DNA of 64,000 bases, taken from Octopus vulgaris. Its lineage: Eukaryota. The stretch lies in NCBI GenBank assembly GCA_951406725.2, contig OX597815.1, positions 196,788,001 to 196,852,000 of the forward strand, read 5' to 3'. The position numbers and the translations under genes were made by a program. This document shows, one piece after another, positions 42,059 through 56,971 of the stretch. Numbering within the stretch: position 1 is the first letter of the stretch; each line of letters starts with the position of its first letter. Below the pieces are notes generated by a model. The model was given only the letters and a program-made list of their open reading frames with translations. It did not search any database and was not told where the DNA came from.

Positions 42059-43085
42059 ATCTACTACATATGCGGGGGAATTTCTGTCTGTGTGTGTGTT
42101 TGTGGAGTTGTTAGCTTACTCCTCCTACATCGTTTCATCAATTTTGATGGAACTTAACACGTGGGTAGAGCTTATGTCTGGAAACCTCATGGCATACTTG
42201 GATTGTTGAAAAAGTCGTGAATAGGGCCCCTGGAAGGAATCCTTATATATATCTAATATATTTTATTTTAAAAGCCAAGGAAAATAACCCATTCGCCTCT
42301 GGATGGGATCCTTATATATATAGCCAAGCGAAATAACCCATTCATTTTCCTAAATTATTTTGTACAAATCAAATTGAGTATGCTTAATTATTAGTATTTG
42401 AACTGTTAGAGTTATTTTCGCAATTTATCCAGTACAATCCTTAAACAAGTAAATAATATTTCGGTTAGTGACTTATTCACGAATATACCAACACTAGCGT
42501 CCCTGAGGGCAATATTCTCTGGAAACATACAAAAGTCCTTTTCAGAGTTATTTACTTCGAATTGTTATTATCTCTTATCTGATTAATCTGTTATTAAGTA
42601 ACATTCTTCACGAATTTAGTATACATACCTTATTAGCATTTCATCCTAAGTTCTATATATTCTGGGAACGCCTTAAAGCCCTTTTCGGGGCTACTTTATT
42701 TGGAAAGGTGTAAAAGCACCATGTCTGTCCAGTGTTGCCCCTTGTCGGATTCCCAGACACGTTTCTAGCTCTTATCCCTTATCCATGGGCTCACAATTAT
42801 AGTTGTATTTATGCGAAATATATATATATTTCATCCTATATATATATATACATGTGGAAATATATACACAGATATATTGCTTTCATTAGCATGTTGAGAA
42901 AGAGACGGTATTTAAAATTTACATCTTTATAAAGTTTTATAGCTAACATTCAAACTAAATCGGCCACCGTCTATTTTTACTAAAGAGATTTTTATGTAAA
43001 AAGGATTTTTCTTTATTTAAGTGTTGTATACATTCTTGAGTCAAAATGTAGAATAAAGAATACGGTATATTATTATTATTATTAA

Positions 43086-43156
<71 letters not shown>

Positions 43157-43750
43157 ACAATATTAATATTAATAATGATAATGGAGAATGAGACATCAAA
43201 TATTGATATATATATATATATATATGCGTGCGTGTGTGTGTGTGTGTGTGTGTATTAATACATATACACTCATATATATACATATGCATTCATACATACG
43301 TATACATAAACATAAATATACATGTATATGTGGGCGCGCGCGTGTGTATACAAACACGCAATTCTACACCAGCCTGCTTATTCAATCTAAAAATTCGTAA
43401 ATCTTAATAATTCCTGTTCGAAGATATTTTCATAAGAATGCAATTTTTATGGTCTATTTGTGGGATTCAAAATGGTTGTCATCCTGTTGCAATCAAATTG
43501 AAAGAATGATTCTAAATCACTGACATGTCTGCTACCTCTCTCCTTTTTTAAACCTATTCCTTTATGTTTCGCTTCCTGTGTTTGATATACTTCGCATACG
43601 CAAATATTCATATATCTTTTCATTCTGAGCCGAAAGGGACGAAGAGATACAATACTGTGCGAAGAACATCGAACAGAGATCCTACTAAACGGTGTGGTTT
43701 GGATAGAAAAGTAATACAACGACGATTGGAGATAGCTGTTATACAATATA

Positions 43751-43875
43751 GGCGTAGGAGTGGCTGTGTGGTAAGTAGATTGCTTACGAACCACATGGTT
43801 CCGGGTTCAGTCCCACTACGTGACACCTTGGGCAAGTGTCTTCTACTATAGCCACGGGCCGACCAAAGCCTTGTG
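43751..43875 (+). mobile_element. SINE family A, 5' part
   Basis: Intact tRNA-like head. Confidence 0.85.
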
Positions 43876-44249
43876 CACTCAAGCAGCTGACACAAAATCC
43901 TGTTCCATTATTTGCTGGTGCGAGTATATGTGTATACATATAGATATATTCTAGACTGGTGTAGAATGATTAATATCCTCAAGCCTAAACAAGGCAATCC
44001 GACGTAAGCTAATGCAACAACTGCTTGAATAAGCCAAATTAACGGGCTCGCAAAGGATCCATGGATGTTATAAATAATATTTAATAAAATCCTATGGCTA
44101 TGGTTAAATTCTCCCATGAATTACATGCAATGATGAAACATATGTAGCAATGTGTTAATAAAAATGTAAAATCTCCATCTGTGAAGTATTTCTCTTTATT
44201 AATGTACGTGTGTGTGTATTGGTTTGTGTGCATGCTGGTGTGTTTGTGC

Positions 44250-44603
<354 letters not shown>

Positions 44604-45233
44604 ACCGTTATAGACTTAACGGTGCAAATTTCGTTTCAAATTATCTGCAGCCAATTCATTCACAATGTGTGTATATCATATCACTACCATCACTTAATCA
44701 GTATACATGTAGAAATGTCTGGATCAATATTTATATAAAAGAGTAACCGCTTCACAAGTATGTTTACAAAATTGTCAGAAATGATGCAACTCCACACCGT
44801 GGTCTTTTTTTTCTATTTTTTTTTTTTTTTGGTTCTTCTTTTTTTGCTTTTTACGTCGGTAGTGGCATTACTTCTCACAGACACCATATGAAATAGCGAA
44901 TGCGTGTGGTGTGAGCTAAGTCAAAACATCAACAATTATTAGTGTTAACCAATTCTTTAATGGTGTAATACACACATACTCGCTGTATCTGTTTAGATCA
45001 AGATCGACAAGGGTGTAATATAGATAAATGTGTCGGCCGAAAAATACAGCAATGCGTCAGAGATGTACTTAGAGCGAATATATTCGGATTTGGCAGTAGA
45101 GCAAGATATTTATTAACAAGAACAGCCCGCAAATCAAGCTGCTGTGGTCCATCATTAATGGGTAACACACAAACGAAGACACCCACACATTCATACAACA
45201 CATGTGCACACATAATTTATACATGCACACGTA

Positions 45234-45317
<84 letters not shown>

Positions 45318-45775
45318 CATATATATATATACATAACTATATACAAGCACTTTAATACACAAATATATATCCATATATGTCTATATATATTTGTATGCAT
45401 GTATGTATGTACGTATGTGTGTATGTATCTATGTGTGTATATGTGTATGTATCTATGTATGTAAGTGTGTGTGTATGTATGTGTGTGTGTCTGTATGTAT
45501 GTATGTACGTACGTATGTACGTATGTATGTATGTATGTATGTATGTGTGTATGTGTATGCATGTGTGTATGTATATTACTTGTTCAGTTGCACTTTGATA
45601 TACAATTTTCAGAGAATGTCTTATGTTGTTCGACTAAAGTATATTATTGATATACTCTGATAAAATTACATTAGATATACTTGAGTGTGTGTGAGCGTGT
45701 GTGTGTATTTATGAACTATGCATCTGTGTATGTGTGTGTGCAATATGTCCATATACATACATACATTTATCTATC

Positions 45776-45860
<85 letters not shown>

Positions 45861-46139
45861 ATCGTACATCATATCATGTGTGTGGAATTGCTTGTGCTGC
45901 CTTTAATTCGAACTCATCTTTGGCACTATTTATCTTATTTACTTCATTTGTGTTGCTACTTCATTAACTAACTTGGATCTGTAATTATGCCGATGATTAA
46001 TTTTTTTATCCTTCTTCTGTTATTTTTGTTATTTGTCATATGATAAATAGATAGATGGAAGTGCAGTTTTATATTCGCACAACCACATGAAAATATGTTT
46101 GTGTATATAATTATACATATGTGTATATGTGTGTGCGTG

Positions 46140-46189
<50 letters not shown>

Positions 46190-46211
46190 CATGTATGTAT
46201 GTATGCAGTTT

Positions 46212-46856
46212 GGTAGGTAGGAAGGAATGTAGGTAGGAAGGAAGGTAGGTAGGAAGGAAGGAAGGAAGGTAGGTAGGTAGGTAGGTAGGTAGGTAGGTAG
46301 GTCGTCGTCGTCGTGGTACTCCGTCGGTTGCGACGACGAGTGTTCCAGTTGATCCGAATCAACGGAACAGCCTGCTCGTGAAATTAACACAGACACGTGT
46401 ACCCATAACGTAGTTCTTGGGGAGATTCAGCGAGACACAGAGTGTGACAAGGCTGGCCCTTTGAAATACAGATACAACAGAAATAGGAAGAAGGAGTGAG
46501 AGAAAGTTGTGGTGCAAGAGTACAGCAGGGATCACCACCATCACCTCCTGACGGAGCCTCGTGGAGCTTTAGGAGTTTTCGCTCAATTAGCACCCACAAC
46601 GCCCGGTCTGGGAATCGAAACTGCGATCCTACGATTCGAGTGCACTGCCCTAACCACTGGGCCATTTCGCTTCCACGGTAGGTAGGAAGGTAGTTAGGTA
46701 GGTAGGTAGGTACGTACATAGGTTGGTAGGTAGGTAGGTAAGTAGGTAGGTAGATATGTAGGTAGGTTGGTTGGTAGGTAGGTAGGGTGGTAGGTAGGTA
46801 GGTAGGTAGGTAGGTTGGTAGGTAGGTAGATAGGTAGGTAGGCAGGCAGGTAGGTA
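46212..46856. repeat. (AGGT)n microsatellite interrupted by a SINE
   Basis: Direct reading. Confidence 0.9.
46301..46676 (-). mobile_element. SINE family C with (GAC)n tail
   Basis: Reverse complement of family C with a small internal deletion. Confidence 0.88.
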
Positions 46857-46884
46857 TATCGTTAGCTTTCATTATTTGAAACCG

Positions 46885-47200
46885 CCTCTAATATATCTTA
46901 TTTGGTGAAAGAGGAGGTTTGATGCTGCTGCCCACATCTGTATTTCGTGGGGTAGGCTCATCCGGAAACTTTGACAGGAGGAGATCCAGATTGGTTTTGA
47001 AGACACTTACATCCACAGCATACAGCTCTCTGGAGATATTTCGAAGTATATTGAAGAGTTGTGGGCCCTTGAAACCCAAGCTGCTGCGGTATCTAGTTCC
47101 GTATTTTGATGGCGATGTTGGGATTTTGGCACACTATTCAGCGGTGCCCTATTCTTCTGTTTGTATAAATTAGTTATAAGGATTCTATAGCGTATTGACA
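46885..47200 (-). pseudogene. CR1-group LINE 3' fragment
   Basis: FKGPQLFNIL...R.L..V.V.VFK..LD.LLS..PDEP motif. Confidence 0.75.
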
Positions 47201-47268
47201 CATCAACTGATAGAATGCCAGAAATGGTTAGATACACAATGAGTTCACAGTAAGGTAAACAAAAATGT

Positions 47269-47570
47269 GTGGAGGCACATGACCTAGTGGTTAGAGCAGA
47301 GGATTAGCGGTCGAGGGATCGCGGGTTAGAATCTTAGACCGGGCGATGTGTGTTTATGAGCGAAACACCTAAGCTCCACGCGGCTCCGGCAGACGGTAAT
47401 GGCGAATTTCTACTGACTCTTTCACCACAACTTTCTCTCACTCTTTCCTCCTGCATCTTGCAGCTCACCTGCGACGGACAGGCGTCCCGTCCAGGTGAGG
47501 AATCTATACGCTAAGGAAACCGGGAAACCGGCCCTATGAGCCAGGCATGGCTTGAGAAGGAATAAACACA
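47269..47570 (+). mobile_element. SINE family D
   Basis: Matches 40038-40337. Confidence 0.9.
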
Positions 47571-47815
47571 AAAAAGACAAACAGCAATGAAAATATCAAG
47601 TGTTAGTAAGATACTGTAGGTGCGTAAGAAGCAAAGCAAATTTAGACCGTATATCCGATTCAGGAATTGATTCCAGGTGAGTCGTAGATGTAAAAAGGGA
47701 ACACAAATGGTGTTTAAAATTTACGGTAGTTGCTTCGATAAAATTTTATTCGTGTGTTCATAACACATAAGCCACCATCTTCAGGTTAAACTTTTAAAAA
47801 GGAACGATGCCAAAC

Positions 47816-48320
<505 letters not shown>

Positions 48321-48574
48321 ATAGTAACAAAAGATGCTACGCATGCGCACAAGGAGTGTAACCACCAAACTGAGTGTAATCAACAAATTTCGAGCGCCTG
48401 AGCATCTTTAAAGCTTGGAAACAAACGCTGATGAGGGGCGCACCGTTCCATGGTTGACTCTTATCTTTGTGAATTTATCTAACGAACGACGTGTGAGAAA
48501 GGTAATTTATTTTATAAAATCCTAGAGTGTATTGCAAACTTTCGCTCTTCAGTTTTTTTTACTAATAAATGTTT

Positions 48575-48741
48575 ATACATTTCTATATTTTTGAGATGAG
48601 GAATTATTTACATTATTTACATTATTTACATTTGACGATATTTGTCCTCATCTTGTTTGCTGTTAACACAACGTTTCGGCTGATGTACTCTCCAGCCTTC
48701 AGCAGGTGTCCTGGGGGGAATTTCGAACCTGGGTTTCCTAG
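48575..48741 (-). mobile_element. Family H tail with minimal hammerhead
   Basis: GACAC-CUGCUGA-A-GGCUG-loop-CAGCC-GAAA-CG-UU-GUGUU at 48710-48665. Confidence 0.8.
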
Positions 48742-49168
48742 AAGATTTTAAATATTTAATTTGCTCGTGAATATCTTTAATGTTTTTCAGTTTACTTTGC
48801 TCCTGTATATTTCAATGTTTTGACTGTTATTTCTAGCAACTCCTGCTGGTTTACTCGTAGCGATTAAATATTTAATTTGCTCGCGAATCTAATTATGTTT
48901 TTTTACTGTTTACACTAGCGAGTTTAATGAATTGACATAGCAACCCCCACCCTCACACACTCACTTCTCACTACTTTGACAGATGATGGAAGAGGCAGCA
49001 AAAGCGCCGTTTTCTGATTGGTGGAAAATTCTGAAAATTATCAAAATTTAAGCACCTCTAACATTCTCACCAGATTTTTCTGGAATAAATGAATAGCAAA
49101 TTCGGATTCAGTGTCAAAAATTACATCTATATGATACATTAAAAATTTGTTTTAAAGATTGCGACATA

Positions 49169-49410
49169 GGCGCAGAAGTGGCTGAGTGGTTGTGTGGTAA
49201 GTAGCTTGTTTACCAACCACATGTTTACCAACCACATGGTTCCGGGTTCAGTCCCACTGCGTGGCATCTTGGGCAAGTGTCTTCTACTATAGCCTCGGGC
49301 CGACCAAAGCCTTGTGAGTGGATTTGGTAGACGGAAAGGTGCCACGCAGTGGGACTGAACCCGGAACTATGTGGTTGGTAAGCAAGCTACTTACCACACA
49401 GCCACTCCTG
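49169..49410. mobile_element. Two fused, inverted SINE A 5' halves
   Basis: Plus head 49169-49336 joined directly to minus head 49337-49410. Confidence 0.85.
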
Positions 49411-49449
49411 TTGATTTCCGGTTCATCATTTCGGTGTCGATAATCTAAG

Positions 49450-49784
49450 TTCGGTCATGACTGACCATGGGATTGTACCGAGAAAGCTAACCCCACCTCC
49501 CAAGGCACAAGTCCGGGCAAGGTTGTTTATGGAAGACCAGCAGTCGTCCATGCATACCAGCCTCCCCTCTCCATGCCATCAGTGTTATCCAAGGGAATGG
49601 CAAAGGGGCCGAAACAGCTGGGCACCTGTGACGTCGCAAGTCATTTCTACAGCGGAGTGAACTGGAGCAACGTGAAATAATGTGTCTTGCTCAAGAACAC
49701 AACACACAGCCCGGTCCAGGATTCGAACTCATGACCTCACGATCGTAAGCTCGACGCTTTAACCTCTGTGCCATGCGCCTTCAC
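49450..49784 (-). mobile_element. SINE family E
   Basis: Full-length similarity; flanks ATAATYTAAGT. Confidence 0.9.
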
Positions 49785-49842
49785 TAATAATTTAAGTACA
49801 AAATGGAAAACACACACACACACTCACACATAATTCATATCA

Positions 49843-50210
49843 TTTACTTGTTTCAGTCATTTGACTGTGGCCATGCTGGGGCACGCTTTAAAAGGTTTTA
49901 GTCGAACAAATCGACCCCTGAACTCTTTTACTCATTTACTTGTTTCAGTCATTTGACTGCGGCCATGCTGGAGCACCGCCTTTAACGAGTAAATCTACTC
50001 CAGGACTTATTCTTAGTAAGCATAGTACTTTTTCTATCGGTATCTTTTGTCGAACCGCTAAGTTACGGGGACGTAAACACACCAGCATCGGTTGTCAAAC
50101 GATGTTTGGGGGACAAACACAGACACAAACACATACATACACACACACACACATACATATACATATATACGATGGGCTTCTTTCAGTTTCCGTCTACCAA
50201 ATCCACTCAC
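49843..50210 (-). mobile_element. SINE family A, two adjacent truncated pieces
   Basis: Tails at about 49843 and 49923. Confidence 0.8.
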
Positions 50211-50330
50211 CTTCTTCAGGTAACTTGGGGAAATTTCGAACCTGGGTTCTCATTCCTAGGTATGAGAACTATCCGTCGAATGTAAATAATGTAAATAATG
50301 TACATAATTCCCTTCTCTTTAATATAGAAC
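50211..50330. mobile_element. Family H fragment with inverted junction
   Basis: Minus-strand piece ending CCTGAAGAAG joined to the plus-strand tail TATCCGTCGAATGTAAATAATGTAAATAATG. Confidence 0.7.
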
Positions 50331-50382
50331 AATATATGTATATATCGATATAGATATATACGTATACATATATACACATAAA

Positions 50383-50437
50383 TACATACATACATACATA
50401 CATACATACATACATACATACATACATACATACATAC

Positions 50438-50468
<31 letters not shown>

Positions 50469-51305
50469 CATACATACATACATACATACATACATACATA
50501 CATACACACATACATACATACATACATACATACTTACATGCATACATACATACATACATACATACATACATACATACATGCATACATACATACTTACATG
50601 CATACATACATACATGCATACATACTTACATGCATACATACATACATACATGCATACATACATACATACATACATACATACATACATGCATGCATGCATA
50701 CATACATACATACATACATACATACATACATACATACATACATACATACATACATACATACATACATAGGTACATACATACATACATACATACATACATA
50801 CTTACATGCATACATACATACATACATACATACATACATACATACATACATACATACATACATACATACATAGGTACATACATACATACATACATACATA
50901 CAAACATACATACTTACATACATACATACATACATACATGCATACATACATACATACATACATACATACATACATACATACATACATACACACATACATA
51001 CATACATACATGCATGCATACATACATACATACATACATACATACATACATACATACATACATACATACATACATACATACATACATACATACATACATA
51101 CATACATACATACATACATACATACATACATACATACATACATACATACATACATACATACATACATACATACATACATGCATACATACATACATACATG
51201 CATACATGCATACATACATACATACATACATACATACATACATACATACATACATACATACATACATACATACATACATACATACATACATACATACATA
51301 CATAC

Positions 51306-51336
<31 letters not shown>

Positions 51337-51428
51337 CATACATACATACATACATGCATACATACATACATACATACATACATACATACATACATACATA
51401 CATACATACATACTTACATACATGCATA
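50383..51428. repeat. (CATA)n microsatellite, about 1 kb
   Basis: Direct reading. Confidence 0.97.
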
Positions 51429-52091
51429 TATGAAATGGCACATAGATATATTTATGCATATGCATACACACACACACATTTCATATATAATTGGCAGTGG
51501 GTTACAAAGTAACTCAACGGCCGCGAGGTTTGCACGTGCCTTCAGATTATTGTTATTATCAGTTGTTCGTTTTCTCTTTCTCCATATTAATCTTTTGACA
51601 AAAGTAATTCGTCTCCAGAAGAGATTTGATTTGTTTTATTTTTGTTTGACTTGGTTTCTGTTTTTCTTTTTCGTTTTTTCCTTTTTTTTTTTTGTCTTCT
51701 TTCTTTTACAGTGTATGGTAATGATTTTAGTGAATATGCTCTTGTATTATGTGTATTTGCGGCATTTTACAGCTTAGATAAATCATAGGTTACTGAGTGC
51801 CCAGCAAAAAGAAACGTAATAAATTGTATTACACTTATGTGTTGGAACAAAACATTTCAACGTAAAATGGCCCATACGAACACAGGAGTATAATTATTAT
51901 GAATGAAGAAGATGATGAGCAGGCTTGAGGTTCACATATCTATTTGTTAAATTGATTGATGTATTATAAAGATGTCGCGTTAAAAATGTTTATTATAGTG
52001 TAGGGCTAAGACAAAAATAAATATGTAGGCAATGTATAAATTTAAAAGTATTTTAGAGCGAAAAGTATGAGCTTGTTACTTCTATATTGTC

Positions 52092-52494
52092 GTGACTGTG
52101 TGGTAAGAAGCTTGCTTCCCAACCATATGGTTCCGGGTTCAGTTCCATTCCGCGGTACCTTGGGCAAGTGTATTCTACTATAGCCTCGCGTCGACCAAAG
52201 CCTTGTGAGTGGATTTGGTAGACGGAAACTGAAACAAGCCCATCGTATGTGTATATATATATATATATTTGTGTGTGTGTGTATGTGTGTGTGTGTGTTT
52301 GTGTTTGTCCCCACGACCATCGCTTGACAACGGATATTGGTACGTTTATGTCGCCGTAACTTAGCGGTTTGGCAAAGGGGACTGACAGAACAAGTACTAG
52401 ACTACTACAAAGAATAAGTTCTGGGATCGATTCGTTCGACTGAAGGTGGTGCTCCAGCATGGCCGCAGTCAAATCACTGAAACAAGTAAAGAGA
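52092..52494 (+). mobile_element. SINE family A
   Basis: Diverged full-length copy. Confidence 0.85.
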
Positions 52495-52575
52495 AAAACA
52501 TAGAGCAAGATAATTGGAAATGAAGCAGTGTAGATGCATTTTTCAGTGTGTGAGAACGAAGGATACCAGAATATA

Positions 52576-53729
52576 TCTCTATATATATAAAACTGAGAAT
52601 GTGTGTCTGTCTGTGTGTTTCCTTAAAACTTGAGAACTACACAACCAATTTCCTTCAAATTTTACACATGCCTTACTTAGGGTCCGGGGAGTGTCATCGG
52701 CAAATAAAATGTTTAACGTTTTGCCTAGGGCGAGCCCACAGCAATATCATATCTTCTCCACTACGATTCCCTAAAACTTGAGAACTACACAACCAATTTC
52801 ATTCAAATTTTACACATGCCTTACTTAGGGTCCATGTAGTTTCGTGGGCAAAGAAAATGTTCAACTTCTTGCCTAGAGCGAGCCCATAGCAATATCATAT
52901 CTTTTCCACTATTTCAGTATTACGTGTTAAAAGGAAAACGAAAACGTTTCTCTATTTTATGTCAGATACTTCCACTTTAACAATAAAAATAATAATAACA
53001 ATTGAATTATATGTAGTAAGTAATAATTAAAATCAAACTAAAGTATAATATAATCGTAACATAACAAAAGTAAAAATAGCAATTGGTATAAAATTGCATC
53101 AATGACTTGAACTTGAATATGTGGTTTCACATGAACTGGGAATAAATTAAAAATAAAATTAGCGTGCAGGAATGGAATAGTCCAGATGGATAATAAAAAA
53201 TTAAATTAAAGAAAAGATTATTGTCTATAAAGTATACAATGTAGAGAAAAAAAGATTTGAACACCTGGAGGAAAGCACCATCGAAAAGTGTCTTAGTGCG
53301 ACTATGAAAGATATCTAACCAGAGGCGGTAAATTCGCCACAATAGAAGAAAGGTTCGAGTCAACGGAGCGTGCAAAGTGGAAATATTTTATTTTTGCCTT
53401 TATATCTGGGACGTAGGACATGCCGGATAAAAATTTAAAATGCCCCCTCCCCGCCCCAGAAGTTGAGGTAGGCTAGATTGTAGCCACACTTCTATACAAG
53501 CGGGAGGACAAGATACAATTGATCGAAATTGCAAGAGACGGGCTTACAATTCCAGTCTGTTATATATTTTGAGTATTGTTATCACTAGCGATATCAAGAT
53601 ATAACTTTGTATTTTGTATTTTATGTGTAGATGTATATATATAGATGTACATGTAATATGTACACATATATATACACATATATACATGCACTAGCACTAT
53701 GACCCGGCAACGATGGGTCATAATGCTAG
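52576..53729 (+). mobile_element. Non-autonomous Helitron-like element
   Basis: Starts A|TCTCTATATATATAAAA; internal tandem duplication of about 150 bp; candidate end is hairpin ATGACCC..GGGTCAT then CTAG|T. Pairing of the two ends is inferred. Confidence 0.55.
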
Positions 53730-53932
53730 TATATATATATATATATATCCGCGCGCGAAAAAAGTGCAGAGAAGATAAAATAACAAACATTTTGTAAAGT
53801 AATTCTAAATTTGAATACATATTTCATGATAATATTTGACTGAATATGGAAAGAGTGAAATTATCGAAGGACTATTCAATTATTGCATACCATTAGAAGA
53901 CTGGTACTGTCGTGGTGATATATGCTGACTAG

Positions 53933-54266
53933 AGACCCCCTTCGGTCATGGCTGACCATGGGATTGCACCGAGAAACTTACCCTCCCAGGCGCAAGTTCG
54001 GGTGAGGTTGTTTATGGAAGATGATCAGTCGCCCATGCATATCGGCCTCCCCTCTCCACGCCACCAGTGTTATCCAAGGGAAAGGCAACGACTGATACAG
54101 CTTGCCACCTGTGACGTCGCAACTCATTTCTACAGCTGAGTGAACTGGAGCAACGTGAAATAAAGTGTCTTGCTCAAGAACCAACACGCATCCCGGTCCA
54201 GGATTCGAACTCATGACCTCATGATCGTAAGCTCGACGCTCTAACCACTGAGCCATGCGCCTTCAC
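53933..54266 (-). mobile_element. SINE family E
   Basis: Full-length similarity. Confidence 0.9.
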
Positions 54267-54267
54267 A

Positions 54268-54560
54268 TCTATATATATATATAAAGCTGAGAATGTGTGT
54301 GTGTCTGTCTGTCGGACTGTCTGTCTGTCGGTCTGTGTGTCTGCATTTTGCCCTGCATCACTGTGTGCATCACTAAAACTCGAAAACTACCCAACGCATA
54401 TTACACATGCCTTACTTAGGGTCAATGCAGCGTCATGGGCTAAAAACAATTTCAACTTCTTGGCTAATGAGAGCCCGAGCAATCTGTTATATCTTACACT
54501 GTTTCCGCATCACGTGTCGAAACTGAAACAATAACATCTCTATTAATACTTTCAATATTA
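54268..54560 (+). mobile_element. Helitron-like element 5' part (same family as 52576)
   Basis: A|TCTATATATATATATAAAGCTGAGAATGTGTG...TTACACATGCCTTACTTAGGGTC; possible decayed 3' end at about 56157-56188. Confidence 0.55.
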
Positions 54561-54675
54561 TATGGTTTCCTTTTCAATTACTTTCATTATATATATATAT
54601 ATATATTAGTTTAATTTCTATTACTTTCAATATGTATTTATGTACATGTTTGTGTGTGTATATATATATATATAT

Positions 54676-55695
54676 TGTTACGAAGGTGGGAACCTCCGAT
54701 TCGAACTGTTACGGAATCCCTCACACCCGGGCCCGTTCGATGCAGCGAATATTTCCGCTACGGAAACTCGTCGGAGAGGAGAGGAGAGATACAACAACAA
54801 CTGCAGCAGCAGCACAGAGGCAATCGAGAGAGACACAAAGAGGCAAGGCACAACTGGCTTACATTTAACAACTAGTTTATGACAATCAATTGTTACAACA
54901 TCAAAGCATTTAAACATGCAAGTAACAGAATCAACACATCATACAGGTATACCACAGATCAAAGCATTTAAAGAAAACAACATGCGGATACAATAAACAA
55001 TGTTCATAGACAAACAAGTTCAAATCAAATAATGTTCACGATACGTTACAGTCCAATCAGAACATTTCAATACATTATACAATGTTCGTATCACAACAAT
55101 TCACGTTACAGTTCAAAGTCTTTAACGACTATATCAGAGTCCTTCTTTTTCTCTCTCTTTCTTCTTTCTCTTCTTTTCTTTTTTTACAGTCTCTTTACAT
55201 CGTAACACGTATCAATACATAATTAAATACCTTTAGTTCCTACTAGAATAGCCAGTGTCCCATATTGTAGTTCCTCTCTCTCAGTACTGCTAACTCCAAC
55301 TTGCCAAGCTCTTGCCCCGAATTCCCAAATCCTTGCTCCTAAGTCCAACCGCTCGCGTTGACGACCAAAATCCGACTGTCACTATCTCACTCCCCTCAAT
55401 CTGTCTCTGCCCACTAATATCCTCTCTATCCCGCCTGGTCCTATGTCCCTATCTCTATCGGCGCTGCTGCTGTCATTCTCTCATGACAGCTCTCAGATCC
55501 CTTACTCTATCTTTCTCACTACTTTCTTCCTTACTCTATCTTCCTCTTCTTCAAGGGGTGTTTAGAACGAACTTCAATTCACCCGACAGGGGTCGCAGGT
55601 CTACCCAGAGCCGATCAATCCACCTGAATCTGACAGAACAATGGGTTTATCCCCAAAGTAGGTCACCAGCTCTGTCCTTAAGCTGAACCACAACA
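54676..55695. mobile_element. Probable solo LTR
   Basis: About 1020-bp unique block bounded by TGTT...AACA with ATAT on both sides; no recognisable coding content. Confidence 0.65.
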
Positions 55696-55702
55696 ATATA
55701 TA

Positions 55703-55850
55703 TAAGGAAAGTTTACGAAAAAGTAAAAAAGACGAAGACAGTGGGTGTAGAAAACAAACAGATGTATTAGTATAACGCTCAGGAATAGAAAAAGTCTTTT
55801 ACGTTTCGAGCCTACGCTCTCCTACAGAAAGGGACACAGAAAAAACAACA
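55703..55850 (-). mobile_element. Family G hammerhead-like repeat
   Basis: Similarity to other G copies; core decayed. Confidence 0.7.
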
Positions 55851-55867
55851 CATATATATATATATAT

Positions 55868-56132
55868 GAAACTGAAAGAAAACTGTAGTATATAAGTGTA
55901 TATTTGTGTGTGTGTGCGTGCGCTTGAGTCTGTGTGCCTGTGTTTGTACCCCCACCATTCCTTGATAACCGATGTTACTGTGTATACGTTCCCATAACTT
56001 AGCGGTTCGACACAAAAAAACACTGATGGAATAAGTACTAGGCTTACAAAGAATAAATCCTGTGGTCGATTTTTCCGACCAAAGGCGGTGCTCCAGCATG
56101 GCCGCAGTCACATGACTAAAACAAGTAAGACA
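55868..56132 (+). mobile_element. SINE family A, 3' part
   Basis: Tail similarity. Confidence 0.8.
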
Positions 56133-56275
56133 ATAAAAAAAAACTATGCCATTTTAATCCCGAGCAAGGCCGAGTTTTTCTGATAGCATATATTAAAAGT
56201 ACTACAGTTTTTCGGACTTATGAGAGCAACCAATTTGTTACCTACTTATGTGTGTGTTAGTTCGCAATGACAGAT

Positions 56276-56583
56276 GTTGTTTGTTCCTTCTCGAGCCATG
56301 CCTGGCTCATAAGGGCCGGTTTCCCGGTTTCCTTGATGTATAGGTTCCCTACCTGGACGGGACGCCAGTCTGTCGCAGGTGAGCTGCAAGATGCAGGAGG
56401 AAAGAGTGAGAGAAATTTGTGGCGAAAGAGTCAGCAGAAGTTCGCCATTACCTTCTGCCGGAGCCACTTCTGCCGGAGCTTGTGTGTTTCGCTCATAAAC
56501 ACACACATCGCCCGGTCTAAGATTCGAACCCGCGATCCCTCAACCGCGAGTCCGCTGCTCTAACCACTAGGCCATGTGCCTTC
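56276..56583 (-). mobile_element. SINE family D with 9-bp TSD
   Basis: AATGACAGA at 56266-56274 and 56587-56595. Confidence 0.9.
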
Positions 56584-56971
56584 AAAAATGACAGAGGGGA
56601 AAATACATACAGAAGAAATAGTGGAATATCCCTAACAAGAAAGAAAGATTCTAAGTCACAAGCAGTGCTCCACTTCAGTGACGTGAGAACTCTGCTGGCG
56701 AGATCAACTTGTTGTTCGCATTAACTCATTGAGCACCGCTGTAAGTTTATATAATTGCTTCGTGTAATACAAGTACGACTGAGTTTATTTAATTACTCAC
56801 AGTGTAAAACGATATTGTGGATAAATAAACTAACTTAATCTTTTTAATCCTATCTTAGACGTTGAAGTCAAGTAAATGACTTTGTGGTACTAAGAAGCTA
56901 ATTAATCTTGAATTAGAAAGCGTATATCAATCTGTTTTCATTAATTTCAACATCGAAGCGACTGAATACAT

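Noticed and set aside
42060-42350. Possible further Helitron-like 5' end
   Set aside because: Only generic similarity and no 3' terminus identified.
47712-47790. Possible decayed hammerhead on the minus strand (CUGAAGA...GUAA)
   Set aside because: GAAA is broken and stems I and III are unconvincing.
48428-48460. CTGATGAG motif
   Set aside because: No matching stem II, GAAA and UH downstream.
50383-51428. Variant units in the (CATA)n array as a code or CRISPR-like array
   Set aside because: Variants (CATG, CTTA, TAGG) recur as expected from slippage; no repeat-spacer structure.
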